DNA of 64,000 bases from Verrucomicrobiota bacterium (GTDB taxonomy: Bacteria; Verrucomicrobiota; Verrucomicrobiia; Limisphaerales; BJHT01): positions 14,112 through 78,111 of the forward strand of contig BJHT01000001.1 of the NCBI GenBank assembly GCA_014193395.1, read 5' to 3'. Shown here in pieces: positions 61,345-64,000 of the stretch. Numbering within the stretch: position 1 is the stretch's first letter; each line of letters opens with the position of its first letter. A program made the position numbers and the translations under genes. A model generated the notes under the pieces. The model ran no database searches. It saw only the letters and a program-made list of their open reading frames with translations, and was not told the origin of the DNA.

Positions 61345-63906
61345 ATGAGCGTGGTCCATCGGATTCTACCCGTTTCGTGGTTGTTGGCCGCGCCCCTGGC
61401 CTTTGCGGCGGAGCCGGCACTTTCACCGGACACGGCGGGGTTCGCGAAGGTCGCCCAGCCCTTCCTGCGCGAGCACTGCCTCCGCTGCCACGGGCCGGAA
61501 AAACAAAAGGGCAACCTCCGTGTGGACACGATGCTGCCAGCGGATTTCTCCTCGGCGGCCACGCGCGAGAAGTGGGCGGAGGTCGTGAATGTGCTCAACA
61601 GCCACGAGATGCCGCCGAAGAAGGAGCCGCAGCCCAAGCCCGCCGACACCGCGCGCGTCGTGGATTGGGCCACGGCGGAACTCGCGCGGGCCGAGCTGGC
61701 CCGCCGCGCGAACACCGTCGTGCTCCGCCGCATGAACCGCGCGGAATACAACAACACCATCCGCGACCTGTTCGGTTTCGCGGGAGTGCCGTTTCTGCCG
61801 GCAAGCAAGTTCCCCGAAGACCCGCCCGCCGGGGGCTTCGACAACATCGGAGCCGCGCTGACGCTCTCGCCGATGCAGACCGAGCTGTATTATCAGGCCG
61901 CGCGGCAGATTCTCGACCGCGCGCTGGTCGAGGGGCCGCAGCCGGCGGCGATTTCGTGGCGCTTTGGGCCGGAGGAAAACACGCTGGGCATGGACCGCGT
62001 CCGGGTGAGGCGCGACGGCAACAACATTCTCATCAACAGCGGCAAGAACCCGGTTACGAACGGCTTCATCGTGGTGCATCACAACTCGTGGGACAAAGGC
62101 ATCGGCTTCCGCGATTTCAAGTTGATGGCCGAAGGCGATTACCTCATCCGCATCCGCGCCGCCGGCCGCGTGCCGAAGCGCGAGCAGGTCGTCGCCAGCG
62201 CGGAGAAGATTCTCGCCGACCGCCGTGACAAGCAGGACGCGAAGAATCCCGCCGGAAAGAAGTTCACCCAGCAGCAGATGGACAACGACCTCGCGCACTT
62301 CCAGAAGCACCGGATGTATGACTACGGCCCGCCCCGCTTGAAGATTTCCGTCACGCTCGGCGGCCAGCCGCAGGTCATCGCCGAGCTGGACGTGGACGCG
62401 CCGGAGTCCGCGCCGAAGGTCTATGAAATCCCCGCGCGCTTCACGAAGGAGACCGCTGGTGTAGGCCTCGAATACGCCTATGACATCCCCAGCGTGCTGG
62501 AGAATTTCTGGATGCAGAGTGCCGACGCCTTCGCGCGGCCGGAGCTGCTCGTGGACTGGATTGAACTCGTCGGCCCCATCCATCCCGTGTGGCCGCCTGC
62601 GAGCCATCGTCGCGCGCTGGGCGAGCAAATCATCGGCAAGGTGAATGAAGCCGCGCAAGCGCGCGATGTCCTCACGCAGTTCATGCGTCGCGCGTTCCGT
62701 CGCCCGGTGACGACGGAGGAAGTCGCGGCCAAGGTCGCGCTCTTCGAGAAGACCCGCGCGGGCAAGCCATCGTTCACCGAGGCCATCAAGTCTCCGCTCG
62801 CCGCCGTGCTCGCCTCGCCGCACTTTCTTTTCCTCGTCGAGCCAGCACCCGCCGCCGCGCCGCGCCCGCTCAACGCCCACGAGCTGGCCTCACGCCTGTC
62901 CTATTTCCTTTGGTCCTCGATGCCCGACGACGAGCTGTTCGGCCTCGCGGACAAGGGTGATTTAACCCAACCCGCCGTGCTTCGCGCGCAGGTGAACCGG
63001 ATGCTGAAGGACGCCCGCAGCGAGGCCTTCGTGCAGAACTTTACCGGCCAATGGCTCGGCACGCGCAAGGTCGGCGCGAACCCGCCGTCGAAGACGCTTT
63101 ACCCGGACTACGACCGGCACCTCGAAGTCAGCATGGTGCGCGAGACGGAAAGTTTCTTCGCCGAAATCCTCCGGCACGACCTCGACGCGCGGCAGCTTAT
63201 CCGCAGCGATTTCGTCGTCATCAACGAGCGGCTGGCGCGCTTCTACGGCATCCCCGGCGTGCGCGGCGATGCGTTCCGCCGCGTGCCCGCGCCACCGGAG
63301 AGTCATCGCGGCGGCCTTGTCACGCAGGCGAGCATCCACGCCATCACGAGCAACGGCACGCGCACCTCGCCCGTCACGCGCGGCGTCTGGGTGCTGCGCA
63401 CGCTGCTCGGCACGGACCCCGGATTGCCGGTGGCAAACGCAGGCGAAATCGCACCGAAGGTCCCCGGCATCGGCAAGGCCACCGTGCGCCAGCGGCTGCA
63501 AATTCATCGCGAACTCCCGCTGTGCGCGCGCTGCCACGACAAGATTGACCCGCTCGGCTTCGCGCTCGAAAACTTCAACGCCACCGGCGAATGGCGCGAG
63601 CAGGAGGGCCACGGCTACAACGGCCGCATTGACCGCAACGACCCGAAGATTGACGCGCGCGCGACGATGCCGGACGGCACGGAGTTCGTGGGCGTGGAGG
63701 GTTTGCAGGCGGAGCTGCTGAAGAAGGAGGATCTGTTCCTCACCGCGCTGGCGAAGCAGCTCCACACCTACGCGCTGGGCCGCGAGCTGGGCTTCGCCGA
63801 CCAGCCGATGCTCCGCGCCGCCGTCGCCGGGATGAAGCAGGAGCAATACACACTGCGCAGTCTGACACAGGCGGTGGTGGCGTCGGAGGCGTTTCGGATG
63901 AAGTGA
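61345..63906 (+). CDS. PSCyt3 / DUF1587-DUF1592-DUF1595-DUF1588-DUF1585 family protein
   Basis: A signal peptide is present. The motifs are CLRCHGPEKQKGNLRVD, NRAEYNNTIRDLFG, LASRLSYFLWSSMPDDELF, FTGQWLG, SPVTRGVWVLRTLLG and CARCHDKIDPLGFALENF. Confidence 0.9.
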   Translation: MSVVHRILPVSWLLAAPLAFAAEPALSPDTAGFAKVAQPFLREHCLRCHGPEKQKGNLRVDTMLPADFSSAATREKWAEVVNVLNSHEMPPKKEPQPKPADTARVVDWATAELARAELARRANTVVLRRMNRAEYNNTIRDLFGFAGVPFLPASKFPEDPPAGGFDNIGAALTLSPMQTELYYQAARQILDRALVEGPQPAAISWRFGPEENTLGMDRVRVRRDGNNILINSGKNPVTNGFIVVHHNSWDKGIGFRDFKLMAEGDYLIRIRAAGRVPKREQVVASAEKILADRRDKQDAKNPAGKKFTQQQMDNDLAHFQKHRMYDYGPPRLKISVTLGGQPQVIAELDVDAPESAPKVYEIPARFTKETAGVGLEYAYDIPSVLENFWMQSADAFARPELLVDWIELVGPIHPVWPPASHRRALGEQIIGKVNEAAQARDVLTQFMRRAFRRPVTTEEVAAKVALFEKTRAGKPSFTEAIKSPLAAVLASPHFLFLVEPAPAAAPRPLNAHELASRLSYFLWSSMPDDELFGLADKGDLTQPAVLRAQVNRMLKDARSEAFVQNFTGQWLGTRKVGANPPSKTLYPDYDRHLEVSMVRETESFFAEILRHDLDARQLIRSDFVVINERLARFYGIPGVRGDAFRRVPAPPESHRGGLVTQASIHAITSNGTRTSPVTRGVWVLRTLLGTDPGLPVANAGEIAPKVPGIGKATVRQRLQIHRELPLCARCHDKIDPLGFALENFNATGEWREQEGHGYNGRIDRNDPKIDARATMPDGTEFVGVEGLQAELLKKEDLFLTALAKQLHTYALGRELGFADQPMLRAAVAGMKQEQYTLRSLTQAVVASEAFRMK

Positions 63907-63909
63907 CGC

Positions 63910-64000
63910 ATGAGCAGCGCCGAAACAACCGCGATGGAGTGCGCGTGTTCCCCGAAGGAACAAGCAATCGAACAGCACGGATTTGCCGTGGTGCCGGGCG
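63910..64000 (+). CDS. 5' end of an unidentified CDS (runs off the window)
   Basis: The ATG lies 4 nt after the preceding stop. Own translation: MSSAETTAMECACSPKEQAIEQHGFAVVPG.. There is too little sequence to name it. Confidence 0.35.
   Translation, partial: MSSAETTAMECACSPKEQAIEQHGFAVVPG

Noticed and set aside
1-64000. A mobile genetic element, prophage, integron or defense island.
   Set aside because: No integrase, transposase, recombinase, phage structural, restriction-modification, Cas, reverse-transcriptase or STAND/AAA+ defense-type ORF was recognisable in any frame. The two low-G+C patches carry single genes without flanking recombination genes.

Overview
This is a high-G+C bacterial chromosomal segment, about 65-75% in hand-counted coding samples. 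Gene content points to the PVC superphylum, most likely a Verrucomicrobiota (Opitutae-like) genome.

**Gene content**
- Five loci carry planctomycete-type genes of unknown function: PSCyt/DUF1549/DUF1553, the DUF1592 family, DUF1800 and DUF1501.
- A DUF58-BatA-vWA cluster has no MoxR ATPase anywhere in the window.
- Other lineage-typical genes are a DUF11 lipoprotein, a parallel beta-helix protein, a WD40 protein and a membrane Ser/Thr kinase with TPR and LRR domains.
- An ordinary housekeeping block lies on the minus strand: O-antigen-ligase-like, aroQ, accB, accC, thiE, PfkB kinase.
- Also present are ald, a family-4 uracil-DNA glycosylase, a ZIP metal transporter, yqhA, and a five-gene MacB/FtsX-type ABC cluster.
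- I saw no rRNA, tRNA, CRISPR, transposase, integrase or phage genes.

**Repeats**
- Nearly every intergenic gap is filled with short palindromic or MITE-like repeat families. There are at least ten families, and several have 2-3 copies in the window.
- Some copies are embedded in frame inside coding sequences.

**Most noteworthy observations**
1. A low-G+C islet encodes a stand-alone EF-Tu domain-III-like protein wedged between a DUF1553 gene and its DUF1501 partner.
2. A 70-bp perfect-armed palindromic element and other repeat modules are inserted in frame in an 1176-codon FtsX permease.
3. A patchy low-G+C orphan gene sits between the ATPase and permease genes of the ABC operon.
4. A repeat copy appears to encode the signal peptide of a PSCyt protein.
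5. A toxin-antitoxin pair has its toxin truncated by a repeat element.

No classical novel-system signature, such as a defense island or a mobile element with cargo, is evident. All family assignments come from motif recognition by eye, with no searches run.
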